Shown: positions 19,023-28,328, counted from the first letter of the stretch. The stretch: DNA of 47,986 nt from Parcubacteria group bacterium 21-54-25 (GCA_002255585.1 NCBJ01000001.1:1-47986); one strand, 5' to 3'. Notes: generated from the sequence alone by a model not told the origin. Numbers and translations are program-made.

Positions 19023-20044
19023 GCGAATATCTTTGAGCATATCATCTCGAAAGAAAATCTGTTCGCTGCATGGCGTGAGTTCCAGAAAGGAAAGATGGGT
19101 AAAGAGGATGTGCTCGTATTCTCTGAACACTTCGAGAAGCATCTCTTGTCTCTCCATTCTGATTTAGTTAGGGGAAAATACAAGCACGGTCCGTACACAC
19201 GTTTTCTCATCCAGGATCCGAAGCTGAGACATATTGCCAAGGCAAGCGTGCGAGATCGCGTTTTGCACCACGCCATTTGCCGAGTCATAGCGCCGAGTTT
19301 CGACCGAGCGTTCATATTTGATGCGTATTCGAGCCGGAAGACCAAGGGCGTACATCGAGCGATTGAACGTCTCCAATCTCTCGCACAAAAGCTCTCGCGG
19401 AACAACACGCAGACTGTGTGGGCGCTCAAGTGCGATGTACGGAAATTCTTTGACAGCGTCGGACATGTTCGCTTGCTTGAGCTGTGTGCACGGCGCATTC
19501 GTGATGAAAGGGTTATGGCGTTACTGAAAGATATTCTCGGCAGTTTTGAAACGAAGCAAGGGAAGGGTATCCCGCTCGGCAACCTTACCTCACAGCTTTT
19601 CGCCAATATCTATCTCGACCCTCTCGACCAGTACGTGAAGCGAGAACTCCGCGTGAAGAACTATCTCCGGTCTTTATACTGTTATCCCGCGATCGCTCCG
19701 AGCTCGGGCGTGTTTTGTCACTCATACGTGATTTTCTTTCACAGGATCTCGGTTTGGATCTGCACCCTACCAAAGTATTTTTTCGAAAATGGCATCAGGG
19801 TGTCGACTTTCTTGGATATGTACACTTTCCGTACTACCGAGTCCTGCGTACGAAAACGAAGAAACGGATGTTCCGCAAATTAGAGAAACGACGAGAGGAA
19901 TTTGAAACTGGGCACATAGAAGACGACAGTGGTTTACGTCAGACCGTCGCATCGTACCTTGGTGTCCTGTCGCATTCTCGGGGCAGAGGACTGGCGAAGC
20001 GCATTCGTCGCGATTTCTTGCCGAGCGTTGATGTTGATAAATAA
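18977..20044 (+). pseudogene. DGR reverse transcriptase, frameshifted at G13 and at the deleted YxDD
   Basis: IISKENLFAAW, DPKLRHI..VRDRVLHHA, LKCDVRKFFDS, GIPLGNLTSQLFANIYL; the downstream frame has LHPTK and GVDFLGY. NYLR is followed directly by TC TTT ATA (FILL) with no YxDD. Confidence 0.9.
19004..19016. repeat. G13 homopolymer shared by the RT and avd 5' ends
   Basis: ATC-G13-ATTCAT. Confidence 0.95.
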
Positions 20045-20128
20045 CCAGAATCGCCTATTTCAGAGAAATAGGATGATATGCCTTAGTTGAGCCATATAAA
20101 GTACTTTTTCAACTTGTTAGGATCCCTC

Positions 20129-20410
20129 AAATTTTGGCATTTTTTGGCATTTGGCCCTTCACCTTGGTGCGGTACCGTGGGACTCCCTATGAGACACGCA
20201 TTATATGCTCGAAATCTACCAAATACCCTTGAACTGCTTGATGGAATCGAGAAAACGAGACAATATCGAATATGCCCGACCTGTGTCTCATTTGTCTCAT
20301 TTGTCTCATTTTGATCCTGACCGTGAGGCCTTGGGCGGTGCTATAGAAGGATCGCCGAAACACCTTGCAATTGCCTCACTTGGTGTCTTGCGGTACCGTG
20401 AGGGGGCACA
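20129..20410 (+). repeat. Direct repeat copy B (right boundary of accessory region)
   Basis: Diverged copy of 12209-12469 with three TGTCTCATT units instead of two. Confidence 0.9.
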
Positions 20411-20415
20411 AAATT

Positions 20416-20449
20416 AAGAAGCCCAGCACACCCGTGCTGGGCTTCTTTT
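20416..20449. terminator. Intrinsic terminator
   Basis: AAGAAGCCCAGCAC-ACCC-GTGCTGGGCTTCTT-TT. Confidence 0.8.
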
Positions 20450-20485
20450 GCGCAAGCCGCAATGTTTCGTCCGCGGTTTCGGCTA

Positions 20486-21064
20486 CTATTTTTCGCGCGC
20501 GGTTTTGAGTGCGTTGCCCCACCAGCGCAGCTGTGTGGCGAGGTTTTTGAGCGCACTCGCGTAGGGATCGAGCGCGCCCGTCTTGAAGCTGCCTGACTCA
20601 TCCATCAGGTTCCAGGGCGCGGGGATATGGAGTGCCACGCGCACGGGCATCATTTGTAGTTCAGTCGCAACGGGACGCAACTGTTCGACCGCGCGTGCGC
20701 CACCGACGGAGCCGTAACTTACAAACCCAACCGCTTTATTGTTCCACTCCGCATACACGCTGTCGAGCGCGTTTTTTAAGACGGCTGGCGGTGCGTGGTT
20801 GTATTCAGGCGTGATGATGAGGAACGCATCAGCCTCGTCTATCTTTTTCGCCCACGTACGCACGACGTCGTTTGGGTACTTTCCGTCGGCTACTTGCGAT
20901 GGTGACACCGGCTCATCATAGAAAGGCATTGGGTAATCGCGCAGATCGAGCGCCTCAAATACCATGCCCTCTTCATCTGCCAAAACATTTTGTATCCAAG
21001 GGAGCACCTTCTCGCTCGTGCGGCCTTGGCGGGTACTTCCGAGAATGATTTTTATATTCAACAT
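20486..21064 (-). CDS. NADPH-dependent FMN reductase
   Basis: IILGSTRQGR, TPEYNH..LKNALD, SYGSVGGARA. Confidence 0.9.
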   Translation of the reverse strand: MLNIKIILGSTRQGRTSEKVLPWIQNVLADEEGMVFEALDLRDYPMPFYDEPVSPSQVADGKYPNDVVRTWAKKIDEADAFLIITPEYNHAPPAVLKNALDSVYAEWNNKAVGFVSYGSVGGARAVEQLRPVATELQMMPVRVALHIPAPWNLMDESGSFKTGALDPYASALKNLATQLRWWGNALKTAREK

Positions 21065-21185
21065 GGTGTTGTGTGGCTATGGCTACTACCTGACTATAGC
21101 GCTGTGTGCGTTTTGCAAAACTGTGGACAACTCATTTTATGGGGTGCGGGAATGGTAAAAAAGGCTACGGTATACTATCCACACC

Positions 21186-21752
21186 ATGCTCTATACCCGC
21201 AAGGGAGACCACGGCACCACGCGTGATTTTGTGCGCGGCCAGCCCCGCATTTCAAAGGCCTCTGATTTGCCGGAAGCGCTCGGCACGCTTGATGAGCTCA
21301 ACTCGTTTCTCGGCGTGTGCAAGGCGCGCGGCGCGCGCGAGCCTTTTTTGGTGCCTAATGGTAAACGGAGCATGCGTGCTGTCCGTGTGTTGCAGGACGT
21401 CCAGGAAACACTGTTCATTGTGCAGGCGCAGGTTGCTGGTGCACCAAAGAAAGTGGGGAGGGGAAAGGTCGATGCTATCGAGCGACTGACGGACTCAATC
21501 GAAAAAACACTTCCACCCATAACCTCTTTCACTATCGCGGGTGCCACAGAGCTCTCTGCGCTGCTCGACGTCGCACGCACGCTTGCGCGCCGCGCCGAGC
21601 GCCGGTTGGTCGGCATACACGAGACTGGCCAACGTCCACTCACCAAGCACACGCTCGCCTACGCCAATCGGCTCTCCTCACTTCTTTTCGCGCTTGCGCG
21701 GTTGGCTAGTAACCAAAGCGGGGCGCGCGAGCGCGCCCCGCGCTACCGCTAG
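21186..21752 (+). CDS. PduO-type cob(I)alamin adenosyltransferase
   Basis: YTRKGDHGTT, GTLDELNS, ARRAER, NRLSSLLFALAR. Confidence 0.85.
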   Translation: MLYTRKGDHGTTRDFVRGQPRISKASDLPEALGTLDELNSFLGVCKARGAREPFLVPNGKRSMRAVRVLQDVQETLFIVQAQVAGAPKKVGRGKVDAIERLTDSIEKTLPPITSFTIAGATELSALLDVARTLARRAERRLVGIHETGQRPLTKHTLAYANRLSSLLFALARLASNQSGARERAPRYR

Positions 21753-21795
21753 CTTCCGCGGCGGCAGCCCGCGTGCTATAACAAAGTGCGTCCAT

Positions 21796-21870
21796 GGCGG
21801 CTATGGTGTAACGGTTAACACTGGAGCTTGTGGAGCTCTCGATCAGGGTTCGACTCCCTGTAGCCGCCCA
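21796..21870 (+). tRNA. tRNA-His(GUG)
   Basis: G-1 plus GCGGCTA/TAGCCGC acceptor stem, anticodon loop TTGTGGA, T-loop TTCGACT, discriminator C. Confidence 0.95.
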
Positions 21871-21967
21871 AGCGGGTCTTAATATAACCGGAACCGAACC
21901 GTGTACTTTTTCTTTACTATTTAAATTAAACAAAGGCCCGCGCCGAAACGCGGGCCTCCTATCAGTG

Positions 21968-22753
21968 CTACCGTCCAAGTCCAGCATAAACCTCTGCTGA
22001 AAGTCGAGCGATGGTCAGCCATCCTGGATTATCCGGCTTGTAAGACACCATCGGGAGATCTTTCGAGAAGATCGCAATGACGTACGGTTGTTTAGTGAAC
22101 ACAATGCCGATGTCGTTACGGAGGCGGTCGTGCGACCCGCCCTTGTTGGCGGTTTCGAGCTTCGCGCCATCGCGTCGGGTATAGGGTAGTAGTCGCTTAA
22201 TGCCGAGTTGATTTTCGCACTCTTTCATGATTTGTAGCAACAGATCTGAGTGCTCTCGATTCAGATAGCGTGCGCTGTATATCCCCTCAAGCATGACCGC
22301 CATCTCTCGAGGGGTTGTAGCGCCAAAATCGAAATCGTCATCCTTGATACCGAGCTGAGTTTTTTGAAAACCAAGGGACGTTAGGTAATTGTTGATTTTG
22401 TCGGCGCCGTGAGCCTTCACCAATAGGTCCGCCGCAGTGTTGTCAGATACCGTCAGCATAAGGACGACAAGGTCTTTGAGCGTAAGCTCTACCCCGGGCG
22501 TCAGCCGTGACAGCACCCCTGAACCCGGCTGGTAATATTCAGCCGAAACCACAAATCTATCCTCAAGACGCGCTCCGTTCGTCTCGACGAGATATAAGAG
22601 ATACAGGGCAATTGGAACCTTGCCCACACTTGCGGCACGAAATTCCCCGTTAGCGTTATGCTCAAAAAGGAAGCCATTTCCAATTGGCTTTACGGCGGCT
22701 CCCCAGATGCCATCCGCTTTCCTCAGAATCTCATTTATCTTGTCTGTGTCCAT
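21968..22753 (-). CDS. Class A beta-lactamase-like serine hydrolase
   Basis: SVGK, SDN, TTPREM, KGG..RNDIG; no signal peptide. Confidence 0.8.
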   Translation of the reverse strand: MDTDKINEILRKADGIWGAAVKPIGNGFLFEHNANGEFRAASVGKVPIALYLLYLVETNGARLEDRFVVSAEYYQPGSGVLSRLTPGVELTLKDLVVLMLTVSDNTAADLLVKAHGADKINNYLTSLGFQKTQLGIKDDDFDFGATTPREMAVMLEGIYSARYLNREHSDLLLQIMKECENQLGIKRLLPYTRRDGAKLETANKGGSHDRLRNDIGIVFTKQPYVIAIFSKDLPMVSYKPDNPGWLTIARLSAEVYAGLGR

Positions 22754-23009
22754 GCCGGGCTCCTTTTATAGGTGCATCATAACTCCGAGTGCTATACTAG
22801 GCGATTCTGCCTCAGACATCAAACTCGTTCATAGTTGGCAATCAAATTCAGTTTCTCCTTCACGCCCACCGTGTACTCTGGATCTGATAGCATGTCGATG
22901 TAATCGACGGCTAAATCAGTCGCACCTTTCCAGTCTTTGTTCACGCATTCGTTACGGAAGAGCCAGTGGCAGGTCGCGAGCGAGACGTTCTTTTTGCTAT
23001 ACTGTTACC

Positions 23010-23426
23010 ATGACTCTTCTACAGGAGTTTAAGACGTTTGCTCTTCGCGGGAACGCGATCGATCTGGCTATTGGCGTGGTCATCGGTGCCGCGTTTAACA
23101 ACGTGGTCACCTCGCTTGTAAATAACATCATCATGCCGCCAGTCGGTCTTCTCATGGGGGGTATAGATTTTACCCATCTCGCCCTTCCTCTTGGTGGCAA
23201 GTCCATACTTACGTATGGGCTTTTCGTGCAGGCACTCATAAACTTTCTAATTGTTGCGATCGCACTATTCGTCATCATTCGATTTCTCAATCGTATTTCT
23301 CATGCGCTTCCGCACCAGCAACCAGCAGCGACACCAGCGAAGAAGAGCGATGAACTTCTCGTACTAGAAGACATACGGAGCATTCTTGCGAAAGAACCAG
23401 CTGTTTCAGACAAAACCGTCGAGTAA
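23010..23426 (+). CDS. mscL: Large-conductance mechanosensitive channel
   Basis: EFKTFALRGNAIDLAIGVVIGAAF..LEDIR; start set at ATG 23010. Confidence 0.95.
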   Translation: MTLLQEFKTFALRGNAIDLAIGVVIGAAFNNVVTSLVNNIIMPPVGLLMGGIDFTHLALPLGGKSILTYGLFVQALINFLIVAIALFVIIRFLNRISHALPHQQPAATPAKKSDELLVLEDIRSILAKEPAVSDKTVE

Positions 23427-23499
23427 CGATTGCGGCGGCGCTTTTCTACGGTGGATACCGCTACAGTTCAAACCTTTTCTATGCCACCGCACACGGATT

Positions 23500-23838
23500 T
23501 CAGTTCAATAATTGAGCCAATAGAACGGCCTCGTTGTGCTCTTCATCTTTAGCGGCATAAATAAGGGTGACCGTTTGCCGTGCACCCATAGCACGCAGCT
23601 CCTTTACCCGTGACTGCTTCTTTTGCAGCTCTGCCAAGTATTTTCGCTTGAAACCGGCCCACTTTTTCGGATCATGATTAAACCACTTTCGTAGTGCAGT
23701 AGACGGCGCTAGTTCTTTTTCCCAACAGTACAGCTGCAGTTTCTCTTTAGAAACGCCTCGTGGCCACAAGCGGTCGACCAATATGCGGCGGCCATCCTTG
23801 GACGAAGCACTTTCGTATGCGCGTTTAATCTGTATCAT
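23500..23838 (-). CDS. DUF488/YeaO-family protein
   Basis: IKRAYE..DGRRILVDRLWPRG..APSTALRKWF..HNEA. Confidence 0.85.
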   Translation of the reverse strand: MIQIKRAYESASSKDGRRILVDRLWPRGVSKEKLQLYCWEKELAPSTALRKWFNHDPKKWAGFKRKYLAELQKKQSRVKELRAMGARQTVTLIYAAKDEEHNEAVLLAQLLN

Positions 23839-23972
23839 GCTCAGTATAGTAATTATACCAAGAGCTCTTCTTGTTCCGGTCGTGCATTTGAGAGTCTGAT
23901 AGGATATCGAGATACCACACAGTGCGATTAGTTGCCACCCTCGCCTTTTGTAATTATAAAAAGAATCAACAC

Positions 23973-24212
23973 ATGCCACACACCGAAACTCGTAAACGAT
24001 CTATCGCAAAATCTATCTCATGGCGTATTGTCGCAACCATTCTCACGTTGACGACTATATGGTACGTGACGAGGGTAGTGGCGGCTTCAATAGAAATCAC
24101 GTCACTCACCGCGGTTTTAAGCACCGTCGTGTACTACTTTCACGAGCGCGCTTGGAACCGCTCTTCATGGGGGTTGGTGGCTGCCGCACCACAGAATGCA
24201 AAAACACCATGA
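23973..24212 (+). CDS. DUF2061 membrane protein
   Basis: RSIAKSISWR..YYFHERAW. Confidence 0.8.
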   Translation: MPHTETRKRSIAKSISWRIVATILTLTTIWYVTRVVAASIEITSLTAVLSTVVYYFHERAWNRSSWGLVAAAPQNAKTP

Positions 24213-24268
24213 TCCATGGTGTTTCAGGTTCGTAGCGCCATAGGCACGCTCTATGCTACGCTCTTGGC

Positions 24269-24952
24269 ATGTCTAACGTGAAAGAACTTCTGGTTGGTAT
24301 CGTGCTCGTGTTTCTGCTTGGCGTGAGTGGATTTTTATACCGTACGGCAATGGAGCAACCGTTTCCTGGCGGCTCAGGCGTTGCTGCTTGTACGCTTGAG
24401 GCGAAAATATGCCCAGACGGGACGACCGTTGGGCGCACCGGTCCTTCGTGTACGTTTGCATCATGCCCGCTACCAAACGTTGCGGTGTCGAGTGCCGGTA
24501 TCGCATTCGTGCTACCGGCAGGATACGCGCTCATCGCGACAAGCTCCTTGTCTGGCACAAGCATTGCCGCCGCCTACGACACGACCGCTCCTACGAGCGC
24601 AAGCACCACAGCGACTCTGTTCATACGCGACTATGCGATACCGACAGGGGAGAGCGCAGCGCAGGTAATGCTCGACACCGCAACACTTGACCCGTCAGGA
24701 CGCTCGCCAACGTCGATGAGCCAATTTGCAACGACGACCATAAGCGCGCACACATTCCAGCGTATCCAGATCGGACGGTTCGAAGGACAAGTGCAGACCG
24801 CATACTATCTGCCGCGTGCGCACGACGTGCTTCGTTTTGACGTGACTGAACGCAACGTCGCCAACTGGACAGACCCGACGCTTGTGGTGGACAAGCTGCC
24901 TGGGCACATCGCGCTTCGCGCGCTCCTCGCCACGCTTAGCGTTGGTCCGTAA
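24269..24952 (+). CDS. Membrane-anchored protein with Cys-rich ACTLEAKICPDG..CP module
   Basis: N-terminal TM plus a four-Cys module common in CPR surface proteins. Confidence 0.65.
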   Translation: MSNVKELLVGIVLVFLLGVSGFLYRTAMEQPFPGGSGVAACTLEAKICPDGTTVGRTGPSCTFASCPLPNVAVSSAGIAFVLPAGYALIATSSLSGTSIAAAYDTTAPTSASTTATLFIRDYAIPTGESAAQVMLDTATLDPSGRSPTSMSQFATTTISAHTFQRIQIGRFEGQVQTAYYLPRAHDVLRFDVTERNVANWTDPTLVVDKLPGHIALRALLATLSVGP

Positions 24953-25011
24953 CTAAAGTCGGGGGACAGCGGTTATAATAGACAAGCGTATATCCATAAC
25001 ATATCTAATCT

Positions 25012-25800
25012 ATGTCTGACATGCCAAACAACGTTCCTGGCGAGCACAGCGTTCGGTGGCTGCGCATCGCGGGAGTAGTGGCCCTGGCGCTCCTTTCTCT
25101 TTTCCTGCTCGTGGAGACCGTTGCGGTCATAGACAGTCTCGGCCGTCCGTCAAACGCGGCCGCAGACACAATCACCGTTTCTGGAGAAGGGAAAGCAGCA
25201 GCCGCTCCTGATACTGCAACCATTAGCTACACCGTTACCAAGACGGCGCCGCAGGTTTCTGAAGCGATGGCTGCCGCAACAAAAGTTGAGAATACCGCGC
25301 TCGCGTTTCTAACACAGCAAGGGGTTGCAGACAAGAACGTTCAAACAGCTGGCTACTCAATAAATCCGCACTACGAGTACCGTCCATGCGTTTCGGGCGT
25401 GTGCTCACCAGCAAAAGTTACCGGCTACGATGTATCACAAACCGTGTCAGTAAAAATTAACGATCTCGCCAAAGTCGGAACAGTGATCGGTGGTTTGGGA
25501 GGCGTGGGCGTGACAAACCTTTCCGGCCCTAATTTTGTGGTAAACGATCCGACTTCGCTTGAAGACCAGGCGCGCGCCGAAGCCATTACAAAAGCAAAAG
25601 CACAAGCCGAAACGATTGCTAAAGAGCTCGGCGTGCGTCTTGTGCGCATCGTGAATTATTCGGAGACACCAAACAATCCACGCCCCATTCGCTACAGCGT
25701 GGCCGCCAGTGCGACAGGCGCTGAAGTCAGTACGCCGTCAGTGCCGATCGGAGAGAATGAGTACACGGTAAACGTCTCGATCACCTACGAAATTCGTTAA
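25012..25800 (+). CDS. SIMPL (DUF541) protein
   Basis: ITVSGEG..APDTA, AITKAKAQAETIA, VSITYEI. Confidence 0.9.
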   Translation: MSDMPNNVPGEHSVRWLRIAGVVALALLSLFLLVETVAVIDSLGRPSNAAADTITVSGEGKAAAAPDTATISYTVTKTAPQVSEAMAAATKVENTALAFLTQQGVADKNVQTAGYSINPHYEYRPCVSGVCSPAKVTGYDVSQTVSVKINDLAKVGTVIGGLGGVGVTNLSGPNFVVNDPTSLEDQARAEAITKAKAQAETIAKELGVRLVRIVNYSETPNNPRPIRYSVAASATGAEVSTPSVPIGENEYTVNVSITYEIR

Positions 25801-25935
25801 TTGCGTGTACCACATCTACCACCCCTCAACGCCTCTGGCGCTGGGGGGTGGTTATTTGACACTCACAGCCGCACGTACTAATATACACAGTAAGAAAGCC
25901 CGTGGGGCTTTTTTAATTTGGAAACGAAGATAATC

Positions 25936-26121
25936 ATGAACGCACTGTTTACCTACCTCAGAAATGTTCGCGCCGAACTCGCGCACGTCACCTGGCCCTC
26001 TACGCGTCAGGCGATTGCGCACACACTTATTGTGATTGGTATTTCGATAGTAACGGCACTGCTCGTTGGCCTGCTCGATTACGTTTTCACAAGCGGCGTC
26101 GGTCGTCTGGTCGGCGGGTAA
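25936..26121 (+). CDS. secE: Preprotein translocase SecE
   Basis: ELAHVTWPS plus TM; upstream of nusG. Confidence 0.9.
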   Translation: MNALFTYLRNVRAELAHVTWPSTRQAIAHTLIVIGISIVTALLVGLLDYVFTSGVGRLVGG

Positions 26122-26140
26122 TGCAACGCGTCCTCTCCCT

Positions 26141-26710
26141 ATGACTCCCGTCACACACATTATTGATGAGACTCAGTCGTCTCCCGAAGACGCGCGCTGG
26201 TACGCTATCCACACATACGCCGGATATGAAAACGCAGTCGAGCGCAATCTAAAACAACGTGTCGAGTCGTTTGGTATGGGGGATAAGATTTTCGAGGTCG
26301 TTGTGCCGACCGAGAAGAAGATTCGCGTTAAAAGTGGCAAACGCGTTATCGAAGAAGAAAAAATTTATCCGGGCTACATTCTCGTGCGCATGGTCGTTGA
26401 TGATGATTCGTGGTTCGTTGTGCGAAATACGCCACGCGTAACGGGCTTTGTTGGCGCGGGCACCACCCCCGTGCCTATGGACGAAACGGAGGTGAAATCT
26501 CTCATGGGTCGCATGACTGCCGAAGCACCAAAACATAAGATCGATTTGGTAAAGGACGATCCGGTGGTCATTGTCGACGGTCCCTTTAAGGATCTTGAGG
26601 GCAAGGTGGGCGCAATAGACGAGGACCGTGGCAAGGTAAAAGTCATGGTCGCTATGTTTGGTCGCGAAACGCCGGTCGAACTCGACTTTTTGCAAGTGCG
26701 TAAGCTCTAG
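26141..26710 (+). CDS. nusG: Transcription factor NusG
   Basis: WYAIHTYAGYE, YPGYILV, GPF..FGRETPVEL. Confidence 0.95.
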   Translation: MTPVTHIIDETQSSPEDARWYAIHTYAGYENAVERNLKQRVESFGMGDKIFEVVVPTEKKIRVKSGKRVIEEEKIYPGYILVRMVVDDDSWFVVRNTPRVTGFVGAGTTPVPMDETEVKSLMGRMTAEAPKHKIDLVKDDPVVIVDGPFKDLEGKVGAIDEDRGKVKVMVAMFGRETPVELDFLQVRKL

Positions 26711-26728
26711 TGTAAAGTCTCATCGTAT

Positions 26729-27148
26729 ATGGCAACTGTTACAAAAAAAATAAAACTCCAGATTCCGGCCGGCAAGGCGACCCCTGCGCCGCCGGTAGGT
26801 ACTGCTCTTGGTCCGGCGGGTATCAATATTGGCGATTTCGTAAATAAATTCAACGAGGCTACACGTGATCGCATGGGCGATATAATCCCGGTGGAGATCT
26901 CGGTCTACAACGACCGTACGTTCGACTTCATCATGAAGACGCCACCGGCCTCGCGTCTCATTCTGAAAAAGCTTGGTATGGACAAGGCCTCGCAGAAGCC
27001 CGGCCATTCGAAAGCAGGCACTATAAATAAAACGCAGGTGCGCGAGATCGCCGAGCAGAAAATGCCTGACCTCACCGCCGCATCGCCCGAAGCCGCCGAC
27101 CGTATCATCGAAGGCACCGCGCGCTCCATGGGCATTGAGGTGAAATAG
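26729..27148 (+). CDS. rplK: 50S ribosomal protein L11
   Basis: [18 protein letters not shown]. Confidence 0.97.
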   Translation: MATVTKKIKLQIPAGKATPAPPVGTALGPAGINIGDFVNKFNEATRDRMGDIIPVEISVYNDRTFDFIMKTPPASRLILKKLGMDKASQKPGHSKAGTINKTQVREIAEQKMPDLTAASPEAADRIIEGTARSMGIEVK

Positions 27149-27177
27149 ACTCCCTGCTCGGAAACCGGAAATAGAAT

Positions 27178-27204
27178 AAAAACAGCGCCGTACAGCGCTG
27201 TTTT
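27178..27204 (+). terminator. Terminator after rplK
   Basis: AAAACAGCGC-CGTACA-GCGCTGTTTT. Confidence 0.7.
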
Positions 27205-27278
27205 GCAATACAAGGGATCCTCCTGTAGTCTTCAGTCCAGACGCACCTCGTCAGTCCAACCTCTGGAGGAGAAAGGCC

Positions 27279-28328
27279 ATGTTCAAGCGTATTGTGGAAG
27301 GTCTAGCAAGCGCCCAGGTTACTTGCGATAGTGAGTACCGGGGCTCGCGTTTGGTGACGGTCGAGGTTGAATTTCCTCGCCCCTACCTGGCCGAGTTCAA
27401 CACACACACCCGTTTCTCACGCAATTCTGCCAGTTCCCGGGCGATTCCGGTATGGAAACGCATCTTCACCGTGCTTGACCGTCCGTACATACCGAATTCG
27501 TTTGGTATGAACAAGTCGGGAATGCAGGCCGGCGGAGATTTGTCGAAAACCGATCAAGAGAACGCTATCAAGAACTGGCTTGTTGGACGCGACATCGCTG
27601 TTGTGCAGGCGTCCTCTCTCTCTGGCGGGTATGAAGAAATCTTGGGCGCAGCAAAGAAAGCAGGACGTCTTGAGGAAGGGGAACACTTGTGTACCGCCAT
27701 AAATGAGATCATTGACCGGTATGGCTTACGTCATCACTTTTTCGAGCAGGGGCAGGGCGCGCACAAACAGCATGCGAATCGCGTTCTGGAGCCCTATTCG
27801 TTCCACACCGTTGTGGTGACGGCGACGCACTGGCGGAATTTCTTTGGGTTGCGAGCGAGCAACAAGGCTCAGCCCGAAGCGCAGGACTTCGGTATCGCCA
27901 TCGCGAAAGCTATGATGGGCAGCATCCCGCGAGAACTTTCTACGGGTGAGTGGCATTTGCCATACATTCGGCAAGAAGATCGTGACGAGGTCTCTGATCA
28001 GCTTATCCTCGCGAAAGCTTCCGCTGGTAAGTGCGCACGCACAAGTTATCTTACTCACGATGGCATTCGCTCTGTCGACAAGGATGTTGAACTGGCCGAA
28101 GGTCTGCAGCGCAATGGCCACATGTCCCCCTTTCAGCATCCGGCTCGACCGAGGGAGAAGGGGGACCAGGAAGGTTCACAGGGGAATTACTCGCCTGTGT
28201 GGACACAGTATCGCAAACTACTTCCGGATGAAGGAGATTTCACCAAGCTCGTGTCTAGAGAAGATCTTCTTCAGGGATGCCGGGGGGACGAGGCGCTTCT
28301 GGAGTTCATCCTCTCGTTCCCCGAGTAA
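27279..28328 (+). CDS. thyX: FAD-dependent thymidylate synthase-like (Thy1)
   Basis: EFNTHTRFSRNSASSRAIP, HKQHANR, AQPE, CARTSY, HMSPFQH; adjacent to tmk and dcd. Confidence 0.75.
   Translation: MFKRIVEGLASAQVTCDSEYRGSRLVTVEVEFPRPYLAEFNTHTRFSRNSASSRAIPVWKRIFTVLDRPYIPNSFGMNKSGMQAGGDLSKTDQENAIKNWLVGRDIAVVQASSLSGGYEEILGAAKKAGRLEEGEHLCTAINEIIDRYGLRHHFFEQGQGAHKQHANRVLEPYSFHTVVVTATHWRNFFGLRASNKAQPEAQDFGIAIAKAMMGSIPRELSTGEWHLPYIRQEDRDEVSDQLILAKASAGKCARTSYLTHDGIRSVDKDVELAEGLQRNGHMSPFQHPARPREKGDQEGSQGNYSPVWTQYRKLLPDEGDFTKLVSREDLLQGCRGDEALLEFILSFPE

Larger units (their letters stand above)
15116..20044 (+). mobile_element. Diversity-generating retroelement (2 targets, TR, inverted avd, RT)
   Basis: Adenine-specific TR/VR mismatches, Avd-like and RT genes, post-VR hairpins. 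Confidence 0.95.

Noticed and set aside
18977-20044. RT as group II intron, retron or CRISPR-associated RT
   Set aside because: No maturase/endonuclease extension or cas genes; the adjacent Avd and A-specific TR/VR pairs identify a DGR
20283-20311. Tandem TGTCTCATT units as a CRISPR array
   Set aside because: Only 2-3 abutting 9-nt units, with no spacers and no cas genes
20087-20417. Short ORFs inside repeat copy B
   Set aside because: The frames are not preserved in copy A, and the indels between copies are consistent with non-coding sites
21860-23000. Integrative element at tRNA-His
   Set aside because: No integrase and no convincing duplicate of the tRNA 3' end downstream
22620-23009. 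Long N-terminal extension on MscL
   Set aside because: It overlaps the opposite-strand gene, and a -10 plus ATG at 23010 gives a normal-length MscL
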